64,000 nt of DNA from the human T2T-CHM13v2.0 reference genome, Homo sapiens (GCF_009914755.1 NC_060934.1), one strand, 5' to 3'; shown: positions 26,640-40,110, numbered from the stretch's first letter. Notes: generated by a model not told the origin, from the sequence alone. A program made the numbers and translations.

Positions 26640-27600
26640 ATTTTTAAAAGCCTTTTTATTTTGAAATAATTTAAAATTTACCGAAAATAACTCCTGTGTA
26701 CCAGTCACCTAGATTCACCAGTCAGTACCATTTTGCCACATTGCTTTGTTTCTACAATTTCTCTTTCACATGTAAATACTTCAGTGTGTATCCCCTGAAC
26801 ACAGGGACATTCTCCTGCACATGGTAGTAAGGTTATTGACACTGGGAAATGTAACAGTGATACCTGCATGTATGCACACATGCTGTTATCCAACCTACAG
26901 TCCATATTCAAATTATAGCAAGTGTTCTATTTTTTAATCTTCTTTTATCTGGAATGATTCTTTAGCCTTTCTTTGCGTTTTACGACCGTGATAATATACT
27001 TTCTTAAGATAGAGTCTTGCTCTGTCGCCCAGGCTGGAGTGCAGTGGTGTGATCATAGCTCACTGTAGCCTCAAACTCCTGGGCTTAAGTAATCCCTTCA
27101 CCTCAGCCTCCTGGGTAGCTAGAACTACAGGCATGCAACACCACACCAGGCTAATTTTTAAATTTTCGTAGAGACAGGGTCTTGCTGTATTGTCCAGGCT
27201 GGTCTTGAACTCCTGGCCTCAAACTATCCTCCCACCTCACTACTCCTGGCCATAGCTTGATATTTTTGAAGAATAAGGACTAGTTTTGTTTTGTAGAATA
27301 TCCCTCACTCTGTGTGTGTCCGATGTTTCATGATTAGATTCAGGTTATGTGTTTGGGCAGGAAGCCATAGATTGTTGTTCTCAGTGCATTATGTAAGTGG
27401 CACGTGATGCCAATTTGTCTCATTAGAAGTGATGTTAATTTGGATTAGCATCAGGTAAGAAAGCTAGTGTCTGCCACTGTTAAATTACTATTTTCTTTTT
27501 TGTAATTAATAAATAATCTGAATCTTGTAAATATCCTGTTTCCCATTAAACTTAATAGTTGTAGCATCCTGGCAATTCTCACATGTATTATTTTTGTAAT
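26640..27600 (-). mobile_element. L1MC-like 3' fragment interrupted by AluJ
   Basis: 'ttattttgaaataatttaaaattt...cacctagattcacc...gattagattcaggttatgtg'. Confidence 0.7.
27001..27251 (-). mobile_element. AluJ (left arm partly deleted)
   Basis: 'gtgatcatagctcactgtagcctcaaactcctgggc' J-type right arm. Confidence 0.88.
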
Positions 27601-27819
27601 TAGTGGGACACAACTAGGTTCCTGGAGATGCAGTTGTTTGGCAAAAGACTGTATTTCTGAGCAGCCAGAGTGGATCTAGTCAGATCAGAAAGAAGCCAGC
27701 TTATCTGGGTGACTTAAAATTTACACTACTTTTTCTTGTCTTAGGCTGTGACATTCTTCTCCCATGTGGCCCAGGTTGTTCTGTGATAGAACCAGGGTTG
27801 CAAGTCATACCCTCACTTA

Positions 27820-28000
27820 GTCATTCAACAAATATTTACTGAGAAGCTACTGTAACCCAGGCACTGTTTGAAGAGATACAAAAAAGAAAAAGAAGTCCTA
27901 GCCCCTGTCCAGAGGCTGGTGGGAGAATAGATATGGGGACAGGGCTGCGGATCAAGGGGCAGCCCCTTTAAGAAGGTGAGGGTCACTTCACAGAAGAAGT
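27820..28000 (-). mobile_element. L2 3' end
   Basis: 'cattcaacaaatatttactgagaagctactgtaacccaggcactgt'. Confidence 0.75.
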
Positions 28001-28835
28001 AAATTGTTTTTAAACTGATTATTACAAAGGTGATACAGGAGTTGGGGGTGGGTGGTTCCACACACCCTTATCCAGTTTATCCCAGTGGTTATATTTTACA
28101 TAATTATAGTACAACATAAAAAATGAGAAAATTGACATTAATACAATGTGTGTGTACAGTTCTATGATATTTTATTATATGTGTAGGCTTTTGTATCCAC
28201 TACTGCAATCAAGATACAGAACTATTCCATTACCACAAATATCTCCCATTTCATAGTTATTTATATCCATTCTCCCACAACCTTCCACCAACTCTAACTT
28301 CTGGCAACCATCGATCTCTTTCATTTTGTTTCAAGAATGCTCTATAGATGGAATTTTGCATTATGTGATCTTGAGATTGGCTTTTTTCACTTAACATAAT
28401 ACCCTTGAGATCTGTCCATGTTGTTGCATGAATCAGTATTCCATTCCTTCTTCTTCTTCTTTTTTTTTTTTGCTGAGTAGTATTCCATAGTATGAATGTA
28501 GCACAGTTTGTTTAACCACTTACCTACTGAGTGACACTTTGGTTTTAGTTTTTGGCTATTACAGAAAGCTGCAATAAACAATCATGTACAGGCCTTTGTG
28601 AGGACATAAACCTTCATTTCTCTGGGATAAGTGCCTAGGATGCAATTGATGGGTTGTATAGTAAGACTGATTTTTTTTTTTAAGATTGTTATGTTTTCAC
28701 GGTAAATTGACCCTTTTATCATTATGTAATATCCCTCTCTGTCCCTGGCAATTTTCTTTACTTTGAAGTCAACTTTTTTTCTTGTGTTAATATAGCTACT
28801 CCTGTTGCTTTCTTTTGATTAATGTCTGGATGGTA

Positions 28836-29240
28836 TGGTCATTTCTTAGTATCCTTGGGGAATTGGTTCTAGGACCTTCTGTGGATGCCAAAATCTGCTG
28901 ATGCTTAAGTCCCTTATATACAATGGTGTAGTATTTGCACGTAACCTACACACATCCTTCTGTATACTTTAAATTATCTCTAGGTTACATATAATACCTA
29001 ATACAATGTAAATGTGATGTAAATAGTTGTTATACTGTATTACTTAGGGAATAATGACAAGGAAAAAATCTGTACATGTTCAGTATAGGTGCAGTTTTTC
29101 TTTCAGATATTTTCAATTCACAGTTATTATGTTGGTGCAAAAGTAATTGCAGTTTTTGACGTTAAAAATAATGACAAAAACCACAATTACTTTTGTACCA
29201 ACCTAATAGTTGACTCCACAGATGTGGAAACTACAAATAC
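28836..29240 (+). mobile_element. MER2 (TcMar-Tigger), interrupted by MADE1
   Basis: 'tatccttggggaattggttctaggacc...gtcccttatatacaatggtgtagtatttgcacgtaacctaca'. Confidence 0.88.
29127..29206. mobile_element. MADE1 mariner MITE, full 80 bp with TA TSD
   Basis: TTATGTTGGTGCAAAAGTAATTGCAG...CACAATTACTTTTGTACCAACCTAA; TA at 29125-29126 and 29207-29208. Confidence 0.95.
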
Positions 29241-30383
29241 TTTCAACTTATATATATCACTATATTTGAAGAGAGTTTCTTATAGACAGCATATAGTTAG
29301 GTCATTTTTTTGAAGTCAATTCTGACAATCTCTGTTTTTTAATTGGCGTGTTTATATCATTTACATTTAATGTGACTATTGCTGTGATAAGCTTAAGTTT
29401 GCCCCTTTTTTTGTTTTATGTTTCTTCTCCTTTTTCATTTTTCTGTTTTTTTTTCTGCCTTTCTGTGAGTTGCTTGAACATTTTTTAGAATGCTAATGTT
29501 TTTGGGTATATCTCTTTGTATGACTTTTTTTTAGTGGTTGCTTTAGACATTGCAGTACATGTACATAACTTATCTAAATTGACTAGCGTCCACATTTACC
29601 AGTTCAAGTGAAGTGTAGAGACCTTATCATCTTTTATATCCTTTTGTCATTCTTGATTTATCATATTATTGTCTTAAACATTTTCTCTAGGTACATTGAG
29701 AACCACATTAGACAATTTTATAATTTTTGCTTCAACTGCCAAACTAATATAGAAAGCTCAAGAGAAAAAGGAAACACTATTGTATTTATCTGTATTTTTG
29801 CATTTTCTGTGCTCATTCTTCCCTCCTGAGGTTGCAAGATTTCTTCTTTAATCATTTTCTTTCTGTTGAGGGAACTTCATTTAATTATTCTCTTAGGACA
29901 GGTCTGCTGGTGAGAAATCATCTTAGTTTTTTTTTTTTTTAATCTGGGAATGTCTCGACTTCCTCTCCATTCATGAATAATATTTCTTTTTTACTGGATA
30001 TAAAGTTCTGCATTGACAGGTCTTTTCTTTCAGTACTGAAAAATGTGCCAATTTCTTCTGGCTTTTTTAGTTTCTGATGAGAAATCTATAGTAATTTGGA
30101 TGGTTTTTCTCTTATAAGCAACAAGTTACTTTTTTTCTGGCTGCTTTCAATATTTTTTTCTTGTCTTTAATTTTTAGAAATTTGACTGTAATGTATGTTG
30201 AAGTGGATTTCTTTGGGTTTATCCTGTTTGGGTTTGCTCAGCTTTCTGAATTTGTAGGTTTATGTCTCTTGCCAAATTTTGTTAGTTTTTAGCCATTATT
30301 TCTTCAAGTACCTTTTCAGCTGTATCCACTTCCTCCTCTCCTCCTGGGACTCTACTGACACAAATGTTTGATCTTTTGTTATG

Positions 30384-30735
30384 CAGTAGTCATCTCTTGG
30401 TATCCACAGGAGATTAGTTCCAGGACCCCTCTCGAATACCCAAATCCACCGATGTTCAAGTCCCTTAAATAAAATTGCATAGTATTTGCATCTAACCTAG
30501 GTGCATCCTTCTATATACTTTAAATCATCCCTAGATTACTTATAATACCTAATACTATGTAAAATGTCATACAATATAATACCTAATACAATATTAATAG
30601 CTTTATACTGCATTGTTATTTATTTGTATTATTTTTATTATTGTATCATTTTTTATTTTTTTTCCCCCAAATATTTTCAATCTATGGTTGGTTGAATCCA
30701 TGGATGAGGAATCCATGGATACAGAGGGCCAACTG
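30384..30735 (+). mobile_element. MER2-family Tigger MITE
   Basis: 'ggtatccacaggagattagttccaggacccc' through the terminal 'ggatacagagggccaactg' followed by TA. Confidence 0.88.
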
Positions 30736-31639
30736 TATTTCCCAGGCTCCTGATGTTCTGTTCATTATTTTTAGTTTATTTTCTCTCTAATCAATTTGAG
30801 TAGTTTCTATTGTTTTGTCTTCAAGTTCATGGATTCTTTTCTGTGTCTTCTCCATGCTGCTGTTGAGCCCATCCATTGAGGTTTTATTTTGGTTATTGTG
30901 TTTTTTGGTTCTAATATTTCCATTTGATTTTTCCTTATAGCTTCCTTATAGCTTTGGTAGTATTTTCTGTTTCTTTGCTGTTATTTTCAATTTTTAAAAA
31001 TTTGTTGCATGTTCTTAACTGCTTATTGAAATATTTTTGTAATGACTACTTAAAAATCCTTATTAAATAATTCTAACATCTGTGTCATTTTGGTGTTGAC
31101 ATCTGTTAATAGTCTTTTTTCATTTATTTTGAGATCTTCCTGGTTCTTGGTATGAGGAGTGATTTTGAATAAAACCTAGGAATTTTGATATTATGTTATG
31201 AGACTCTGGGTCTTACTTAAAATTTGTGTTTTAGCAGGCTTTCTCTGACACTACTCTAGTGGATGAAAGAAACCACCATGGCTAGGAGGGGCATTAGTGC
31301 CTCTTTTCTACACCCTACATGGTCTCCACTGCCATTATGTATGTATGTGTGTTGGGTGAAGGGGTGGCCTTGTTCTCTCCAATGATACCACCCCAGTGGG
31401 GAGAAGGAGCACCTTTTTATACATGGATTGGGTGAAAATCTAAGCTCCCCATGAGGTCTCCACTGACACCTTGGTGGTGGTGGGGCACCTTGTTTCTCTG
31501 GGTGGGATGAAAGTTCAAGCTCTCTCTCAGCCTTCTTTGACACCTCCCTAGCAAGGCTAGGGTGGGGGTTGGGGTGGCTTGTTGCAGCCTGATGAGGGTG
31601 GATGTTTAGGTTCCCCACTTGGCCTCTGTGGGTCCACTG

Positions 31640-31960
31640 GAGGGCTTTGAGGTGTGGCAAGATCGGATTGTAGTTTTAGAAAGTTCACCCTGATTGCCTT
31701 ATGAAAAATATTAATAGCTCAGGCATGGGGTGGATCAGAGGGTGGAGCAGGAGAGCAGTGAAAAGGCTATGGTAAGATCCAGGGTCAGATATGGTGGCTG
31801 GGAGGAGGACAGTGGAAGCCAGAGTGGTGGTAAGAAGTGAGACTCCATATCTACGGCAAAGGTTGAGTTGGCAGCATTTACCAAGGGACTGGATGTGGAT
31901 GTGTGAGGAAGATAGGAGAGGAAGTGGACTGACTGAGCCAATGTGGGGTGAGAGCAATGG
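31640..31960 (-). mobile_element. L2 fragment, possibly the continuation of the L2 at 27820
   Basis: 'ggagggctttgag...ttttagaaagttcaccctg...ggactggatgtggatgtgtgagga'. Confidence 0.65.
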
Positions 31961-32554
31961 TTGATTTGGAAGTTGCTTTTTTTTTTCTTTTTTTTAAGTA
32001 AGAGAAAGTTAAAGCATTTTCATTTGTTTTTAATGGGAGCAAGATGTTCAGGGAGCCATCTTCTCACAGGGAGCAGGAGAGCAGGATAGAGCCCTGGGTG
32101 GGGGAACAGGCAAGATGCTTATGAAGTCATTTGTGCAGCTGCGTGATCTTGGACAACTGCTCCGGTTCATTTAGTTACTTAGATCTGTAAGCCTTCGTTT
32201 TTATCATCTGGAAAATGGCAATAAAAGGGGAATCAGCCTCATAGGTAATCCTCTGTGAGAATTAAAAGAGGTGAAGGATACACTGAACATAGTGCCTGAT
32301 GCCTACAAAGAGAGCCATGATGTTCTTTCTCTTCGCAATGGAAGTAGGATGGAGCTGCCGATTCTGCTCCCTGATCCTGGACCACGGCTCCACCCTTGTC
32401 CTGGTGTTGACATCCCTTCAGGGGTAGGGGCATGGGCTCTAATCCACATCTTTGCCTCTGATTTTGCAGCCTGCTGAAGGGCCTTCACCTGATCTGGCAG
32501 GTGCTGTGAACACCCTGAAAGCTGTTGAGGGTCCAACAAGATCACCCTTGGTGT

Positions 32555-32765
32555 GGACCGACCTGGGCACTATTGACAGTTTGAATCAGATAATTCTTTG
32601 TTGTGGAGGGCTGCTCTACATACAGTAGGGTGTTGAACAGCATCTTTGGCCTTTATCCACTAGTTGCCAGTAGCACCTTTCCCCCATGTGACAATCAAAA
32701 AATGCCCCTGGACATTGTCAGATGCCTCCCAAGGAGCAAAATTACACTGATTTGAGAACCACCAG
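32555..32765 (-). mobile_element. MER20 (hAT-Charlie)
   Basis: 'ggcactattgacagtttgaatcagataattctttgttgtgg...gtgacaatcaaaaatgcccctggacattg...ttgagaaccac'. Confidence 0.85.
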
Positions 32766-33184
32766 TGCAGACTGATTACTGAGGTGTAGTGACTGGGGGA
32801 TGGCAGAGGAGAGGGCCCTTTGTGACCTTGGATGGGGCCCAGGGTGGGAGTTTTCTGCCCTTTAGAGGGAGCTTCAGGTTGTTCCTCTTGGCCATCTTCA
32901 CACAGAAAAGGTCACAGGGCCTTTGTCTCAGGGCTGTGGTGTGCTCTGGAATGGGGAGCAGGATAGGAGTGTGGCTGCTGTTCCCTGCTCTTCCCTCCTT
33001 TCCCCAACTACACCTTGACCTCCATCCCATTCTCCTCCTGCCCCTGCTGGTCCCCCATGGCTAGCCATGGGGCAAGTGTTGCAGGATGAAAAGGTCAGAG
33101 AAGTTCCAGAGCCATCATCAGAGAGGAGAGGGCCTCTATGCAGTCCTTCCACTGAAGCATCCATTTGTAAATAAGGAATAGCTC

Positions 33185-33425
33185 AAGAATTGGGCTTTAG
33201 AGTCATTGGAACTGCAGGCAGTGCCCGTCACTGCCATTTCCTAGTTGTATGCCCTCAAGGGCAAGTAACTTCTCCTCTGGGCCTCAATTTCCTCATCTGT
33301 AAACTGGGATAATTACATCCCTGCCTAATAAGGCTGCAGTGAGGCTAAAATGCCCTGATGGATATAAAGCATTTAACAGAGTGTCTGCTACATAAATATT
33401 AGCTATCATCATCATCATCGTCATC
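33185..33425 (+). mobile_element. MIR SINE
   Basis: 'gggcaagtaacttctcctctgggcctcaatttcctcatctgtaaactgggataat'. Confidence 0.8.
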
Positions 33426-34569
33426 AAAAACAATCATATGTGAAAGTACTTGGTGGATTGTGGGGCTCTATACACATGGTAGTTGTAGAAAGGAGGTGTT
33501 CTGTTGAGAGACTCAGGGTGTCTTAATGCTGTGCATATTATTTAGTAACCAATCAGATGCATGTTCCCAGCCTTAGAAACTGTCACATGACAGTCTTAGG
33601 ACTACCAAGGCATAGGACAGGCAGGGAGAAAGGAAAGACAATATCATCTACTTTGCTAACAACATACTTCCTTGGAGGAGAATGGGCTGAAGGGAACATG
33701 AAGTGTGTTATTAAATAAATTTTCAGTCATTTCTTCAGAAGGGTAAGGCATTCAGAGAAGGAAGGGCACCCTTGAAGATGGAAAACATTTATCATGAGGA
33801 TGTCCAAACTTGATACTTGCCCTGCATAGATCTGAGCCCCCATCTCCCCAGTGTCCATCACACCTCAGGAGATACTTCTCAATGTCTAAGCGAGACACGG
33901 TGTCACTTTAACCCAATTCCACAGACCCTGTGGCCATAGCTCAGTTGCTTGAGAACAAACTAGGAGAAGCAGCTGCCAGCTGAAAGTTACAGGTTGCTTC
34001 CATTAACCCGCCAATGACTACACTTGACACAGAAGAATGGGTCTCAACCTCCCACGTCTGGTGATAGATTGAAGAAGTTCAATTTGCTTGAAGTTACACT
34101 TGGTGGGAACTTTATTACCACATCTGTCTTGACAATCTTCTGTTCTGTCTGCTTGCATGTTCCTGGAGAAGCTTTGAACTGCAGAGTCAAGTCTCTGCTT
34201 TCTTTGAGCTCCCGAATTCTCAGAGGTGACCAAGAAATGGCTATTCTCAGATTGGGGTGGTCTTATCCTGGCATTGATTGGAGAACTTCACAGGGTAATG
34301 TAGTGGGGTAGTCTCCTTAGTCACATGGCCTGTGGATTGGTCCCTCTCTCTGGGTTGACACTCTGAGGCCACATTTACCCTGACAAGCCAATTTAATGCA
34401 TTCAGCTTGAATAGGGGTTCATTCAAATCAGGAGAACAATTTGTTTGTGAGTGGAGGGGGGCAGGGGGAGGGGTAGATTGAAAAATTGTTATTCCAATAA
34501 TTTTTTCTTGGTTGCTAGTAAGAAAAACCCAATGCACACTGCAGTAAATAAAAATTTACTGGGATTGTG

Positions 34570-34890
34570 CATGTCTTTTGCAGCAACATGGATGGAACTG
34601 GAGGCCATTATCATTAGTGAATTGACTCAGAACTAGAAAGTCAAAAACCACATGTTCTCACTGATAGGTGGGACTTAATGGCCACACACAGGCATATAGA
34701 GGGGGATAGGAGACATGGAGACTCCAAAAGTTAGGAGGGTGGGAAGAGGGTAAGAGATGACATACTACCTATTGGGGACACCATGTGGGTGATGGGTACA
34801 CTAAAAGCCCAGACTTTATCACTATGCAGTGTTTCCATGTAACACAAGTGCACTTGTACCTCCAAATCCATAAAAATAAAAGATTTTTTA
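34570..34890 (+). mobile_element. L1PB/L1MA 3' end
   Basis: 'tcttttgcagcaacatggatggaactggaggccattatc...gggtacactaaaagcccagactt...aataaaa'. Confidence 0.85.
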
Positions 34891-35273
34891 AAACGAGATT
34901 ATGTTATAACAACACAAAGGAATTGTAAGTAATTCAAAGATACTCAGTTACTGTGGGCCCTCATGTGGGAGAGGAAGCAGGATTGGAAAGGGCCACGTCC
35001 AGAGGCTGCCATCTTTTTCACTTTTCTCCCAGTCATACCTCATGGCTGAAGATGGCTCTCCTATAACCTGGAGAGTTTACATGTCTCCCTTCTAGCCAGT
35101 CTCAGGGACCAAGACAAATATACTCCAGCTTCAATTCTAACCTCCATCCCAAGGCCAATAATGTGGTCAGGGGTGGAGTTAAGTATGACTAACGAGGCTG
35201 CCGGGGTCTTTCCCCTTGGGTTGGGAGAAGTAGCTCTCACAGAAAGGGGCTTTTAGTGAGTTTGGTAGACACC

Positions 35274-35807
35274 TGTTTCAGTTATGTATTATTGTTTAGG
35301 AAACTAACCCAAAACTTAGTAGCTTAAAATGACTGCCAACTTTGTCATTTCTTATGATTCAGTGAGTTAAGAATTTGCACAGAGCATAGTGGGATTGGTT
35401 TGTCTCTGTTCCACTTGATGTCCATGGGGGCTGGAACAGCCACAATGTCTTTTTCACTCACTGTCTGTAGCTCAGCTAGAAGGTACCCAGGGCTGCAATA
35501 AGTCCTGGGTATGGGGCTTGTTGTCTCAAGGCATCTCTCTTCATAATAACCTCTCCATCTGGAGTCTCTAGCAGGGTAGCTCGACTTCTTATATGGTGGC
35601 ACTAGGCTCCCAGGAGGTTAAAAGCAGCAGCTTTAAAACGTTCTGGAAGCTGAGGCCAAGAATTGGCATGGTATCACTTTCCCTGCATTTTATTGGTTAA
35701 AGCAGGTTGCAGTCTCAGTCCAGATTCAAGAGGAGGGAACTACACAAAGGCCTGAATATGAGGAGGTGTGGTTCATTGGGGATCACTAAGGTAGTAGATT
35801 ACCCGTA
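35274..35807 (-). mobile_element. MLT1G-like MaLR LTR
   Basis: 'cccaaaacttagtagcttaaaa...cagattcaagaggagggaactacacaaaggcctgaat'. Confidence 0.75.
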
Positions 35808-36215
35808 TAACTCAAGAGCTTCCACTACAGCAAATGATCAGGTTGACTTTATTTAATTAACTAGCTGAAGGTGAAGATGTACACGTATTAAATACAGCTA
35901 ACTTCACTGACCATGGAGAAAAGCACTAATCTTCAGCCTTATCCTTAGTCCAGAAGGCAAATCCCCACCTCGAAATAAACTTGTGAAATGATACTGAGTT
36001 ACTGAACGTTGATTCCTCCCTTATCTCGGTTAAGCCTTCACACCTTGTTGGTGGATTGTTTCCATTACTTCCTAAGTGGCCTGCCCCATTCCAGCATTTC
36101 TTTGTTGTAATCTGTCCTCTACCCTGCTTCCAGGCTAATCTTTCTAGAATGGTACTTTTATTGTGTCATTCTCCTGCCCTAAAACTTTCAATGATTTCCT
36201 TGTATCTACCAATGA

Positions 36216-36514
<299 letters not shown>

Positions 36515-37368
36515 AAAATCTAAAGTCTTAACCTGGCTTTCTATGGTTTCTGTAGTCTGGTTCCGACCAACCATTCCAAAGTTATGGCCCATTGTGCTTA
36601 GACTCAAAATCAGTCTTCCAGCCACTGCAATTTTCTCTCTGGTCCTCATTCTGGCGCTACCCCTTTGCTCGCCCTGATCCCCTTACCTGGAATGTCCTTC
36701 CTCTCTCAGCTGCACCCTTATTAGCCCCTCTCACAAGGCTTTGCAGGTCCTTGTTTTCCCTGCCACTCCTGGCCACAAGGACCTCACCTTTTACAATCCC
36801 CTCAAGAGAACCCTGGATTTTAGCATAATTACAGTCATGCATCAATGACTGACCAGCTTCTCATAAGGTGATTTTAATGGAGCTGAAAAATTCAGCTATG
36901 ACCTAGTGACATTGTAGTTGTTGTGAATGTCTAGCAGAATGCATTACTAAGGTGTTTATAGTCATGCTGGAATAAACAAACCTACTGCACTGCCAGTTAT
37001 ATGAAAGTCTAACATACACAATTATGTATAGTACATAGTACTTGATAATGATAATAAATGGCATTGTTACTGGTTTATTTACTATATTATACTTTTTATT
37101 GTTATTTTAGAGTATATTTCTTCTACTTATAAAAAAGCAGTTAACTGTAAAACTGCCTCAGGCAAGTCTTTCAGAAGGTATTTCAAAAAAAGGCATTGTC
37201 GTCATAGAGACGACAGCTCCATGCATGTTATTGCACCTGAATACCTTCAAGTGGGACAAGATGTGGAGGTGGAAGACAGTGATATTGATGATCCTGACCC
37301 TGTGCTGGCCTAGGCTGATGTGTGTGTTAGTGTCTTAGTTTTTGTTATTAATGTTTTTTAAGAGATGG

Positions 37369-39475
37369 TGTATTAGTCCGTTTTCACACAACTGACAAAG
37401 ACAAACCCAAGACTGGGCAATTTATAAAGAAAAAGAATTTTAGTGGACTCACAGTTCCACGTGGCTGGGGAGGCCTCAAAATCATGGCGGAAGGCAAAAG
37501 GTACATCTTACATGGTGGCAGACAAGAGAAAATGAGAGCCAAGTGAAAGGGGTTTCTCCTTATAAAACCATCAGATCTCATGAGACTTGTTTACTACCAC
37601 AAGAACAGTATGGGGGAAACCACCCCCATGATCCAATTATCTCCCACCAGGTCCCTCTCACAACACATAGGAATTATAGGAGCTACAATTCCAGATAAGA
37701 TTTGGGTGGGGACACAGCCAAACCATATCATTCCATCCCTGGCCCCTCCCAAATCACATGTCCTCACATTTCAAAACTAATCATACGTTCCCAACAGTTC
37801 CCCAAAGTCTTAACTCATTTCAGCATTAACTCAGAAGTCCATAGTTCAAAGTCTCGTTTGAGACAAGGCAAGTCCTTTCTGCCTACGAGCCTGTAAAATC
37901 AAAAGCAAGTTAGTTACTTCCTAGATACAATGGGGGTACAGGCATTGGGTAAATACAGCTCCTCCAAATGGGAGAAATTGGCCAAGACAAAGGGGCTACT
38001 GGCCCCATGCAAGTCTGAAATCCAGCAGGGCAGTCAAATATTAAAGCTCCAAAATGATCTCCTTTGACTCCATGTCTCATATCCATATCATGCTGATGCA
38101 AGAGATGGGCTCCCACAGTCTTGGACAGCTCTGCCTCTGTGGCTTTGCAGGGTACAGCCTCTCTCCCGGCTGCTTTCACAGGCTGCCATTGAGTGTCTGT
38201 GGCTTTTCCAGGTGCACAGTGCAAGCTGTTGCTGGATCTACCATTCTGGGGTCTGGAGGACTGTGACCCTCTTCTCACAGCTCCACTAGGTGGTGCCCCA
38301 GTAGGGACTCTGTGTGGGGACTCTAACCCCACATTTCCCTTCTGCACTGCCCTAGCAGAGGTTCTCCATGAAAGCCCCGCCCCTGCAGCAAACTTCTGCC
38401 TGGACTTCCAGGACATCCGTTTCCATACATCCTCTGAAATCTAGGCAGAGGTTCCCTAACCTCAATTCTTGACTTCTGTGCACCTGCAGGCTCAACACCA
38501 TGTGGAAGCTGCTAAGGCTTGGGGCTTGCATCCTCTGAAGCTATGGCCTGAGCTGTATCTTGGCCCCTTTTAGCCATGGCTAGAGTGGCTGGGACGCATG
38601 ACACCAAGTCCCTAGGCTGCACACAACAGGGGGGCCTCGGGCCTGGCCCATGAAACCATATTTTCTTCCTAGGCCTCCAGGCCTGTGATGGGAGGGGCTG
38701 CCACAAAGGTCTCTGACATGCCCTGGAGACATTTTCTGCATTATTTTGGTGATTAACATTTGGCTCCTAGTTACTTATGCAAATTTCTGCAGCCAGCTTG
38801 AATTTCTCCTCAGAAAATGGTTTTTTCTTTTCTATTTCATCATCAGGCTGCACATTTTTCAAACTTTTATGCTCTGTTTTCCTTTTAAAACTGAATGCTT
38901 TTAACAGTACCCAAGTCACTTCTTGAATGCTTTGCTGCTTAGAAATTTCTTCCACCAGATTCCCTAAATCATCTCCCTCAAGTTCAAAGTTCTACAAATC
39001 TCCAGGGCAGGGGCAAAATGCCACCAGTCGCTTTGCTAAAACAGCAAGAGTCACCTTTACTCCAGTTCACAAGTTCCTCATCTCCATCTGAGACCACCTC
39101 AGCCTGGATTTCATTGTCCGTATCATTATCAGCATTTTGGTCAAAGCCTTTTAAGTCACTAGGAAGTTCCAAAGCTTCCCACATTTTCTTGTCTTCTTCT
39201 GAGCCCTCCAAATCATTCCAACCTCTGCCTGTTACCCAGCTCCAAAGTTGCTTCCATGTTTTCGGGTATCTTTACAGCAGCACCCACCTTACCAGTACCA
39301 ATTTACTGTATTAGTCTGTTTTCACGCTGCTGATAAAGATATACGTGAAAATGGATACTTTATAAAGAAAAAGAAGTTTAATGGACTCACAGTTCCACTT
39401 GGCTGGGGAGGCCTCACAATTGTGGTGGAAGGCAAAAGCCACGTCTTACATGGCGGCAGACAAGAGATAATGAGA
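37369..39475 (-). mobile_element. THE1 (THE1C-like) MaLR provirus: intact 3' LTR 37369-37730, internal region 37731-39306, truncated 5' LTR 39307-~39475
   Basis: Both LTRs begin TGTATTAGTC on +; left LTR ends CCAAACCATATCA; typical MaLR internal sequence between them. Confidence 0.92.
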
Positions 39476-39740
39476 CAGTTCTCTCTGTCACCCAGGCTGG
39501 AGTGCAGCAGCGTGATCATAGCTCACTGCAGCTGCAAACTCCTGGGCTCAAGGGATCCTCCTGCCTCCTGAGTAGCTGGGAGTAGAGGCCTATGCCACTA
39601 AGCCCAACTAATTAAAACAAAATTTTTTTAGAGACGGGGGTCTTGTTTTCCAGGCTGATCTTGAAATGGCCTCAAGTAATCCTTCCACCTCAGCCTCCCA
39701 AGTAACTGGGATTACAGGTGTGAGTCACTGCACCCTGCTC
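39476..39740 (-). mobile_element. AluJ body whose tail lies at 37344-37368, split by THE1
   Basis: TSD TGTCTTAGTTTTT at 37331-37343 and 39741-39753 brackets tail, THE1 and Alu body. Confidence 0.88.
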
Positions 39741-39784
39741 TGTCTTAGTTTTTAACAGCATATTTTTTACAAAGGAAAAAAAAA

Positions 39785-40110
39785 AGCCAGATGTGGTGGC
39801 TCATACCTGTAATCCCAGCACTTTTGGAGACCAAGGCAGGTAGATTGCTTGAGTCCTGGAGTTTGAGACCAGCCTGGGCAACATGATAAAACTCTGTCTC
39901 TACCAAAAATACAAAAAATTAGCGAGGCATGGTGGTGCACACCTGTATTCCCAGCTATTCGGGAGGCTGAGCTAGTGAGGATTAACCGAGCCTGTGAGGT
40001 TGAAGCTGCAGTGAGCTGTGATTGTGCCACTGAATTCCAGCCTGGGTGACAAAGTGAGATCCTGTCTCAAAACAAAAACAAAAACAAAAACAAGAAAAAA
40101 AGAAAAAAAA
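39785..40110 (+). mobile_element. AluJ (Jb-like) in Tigger3
   Basis: Dimeric Alu with (AAAAAC)n tail. Confidence 0.9.

Larger units (their letters stand above)
28040..31640 (-). mobile_element. Internally deleted or compound L1M (MC/MD-like): 3' end plus ORF1/5' region, hosting two MER2 and a MADE1
   Basis: ORF 28387..28581 'MFIAAF...KWLNKLCYIHTMEYYSA'; T-rich antisense ORF1-like tract; degenerate 5'-region repeats at 31260-31630. Confidence 0.75.

Noticed and set aside
37910-38416. 168-aa ORF
   Set aside because: Remnant of the THE1/MaLR internal region, whose frame is broken into several fragments.
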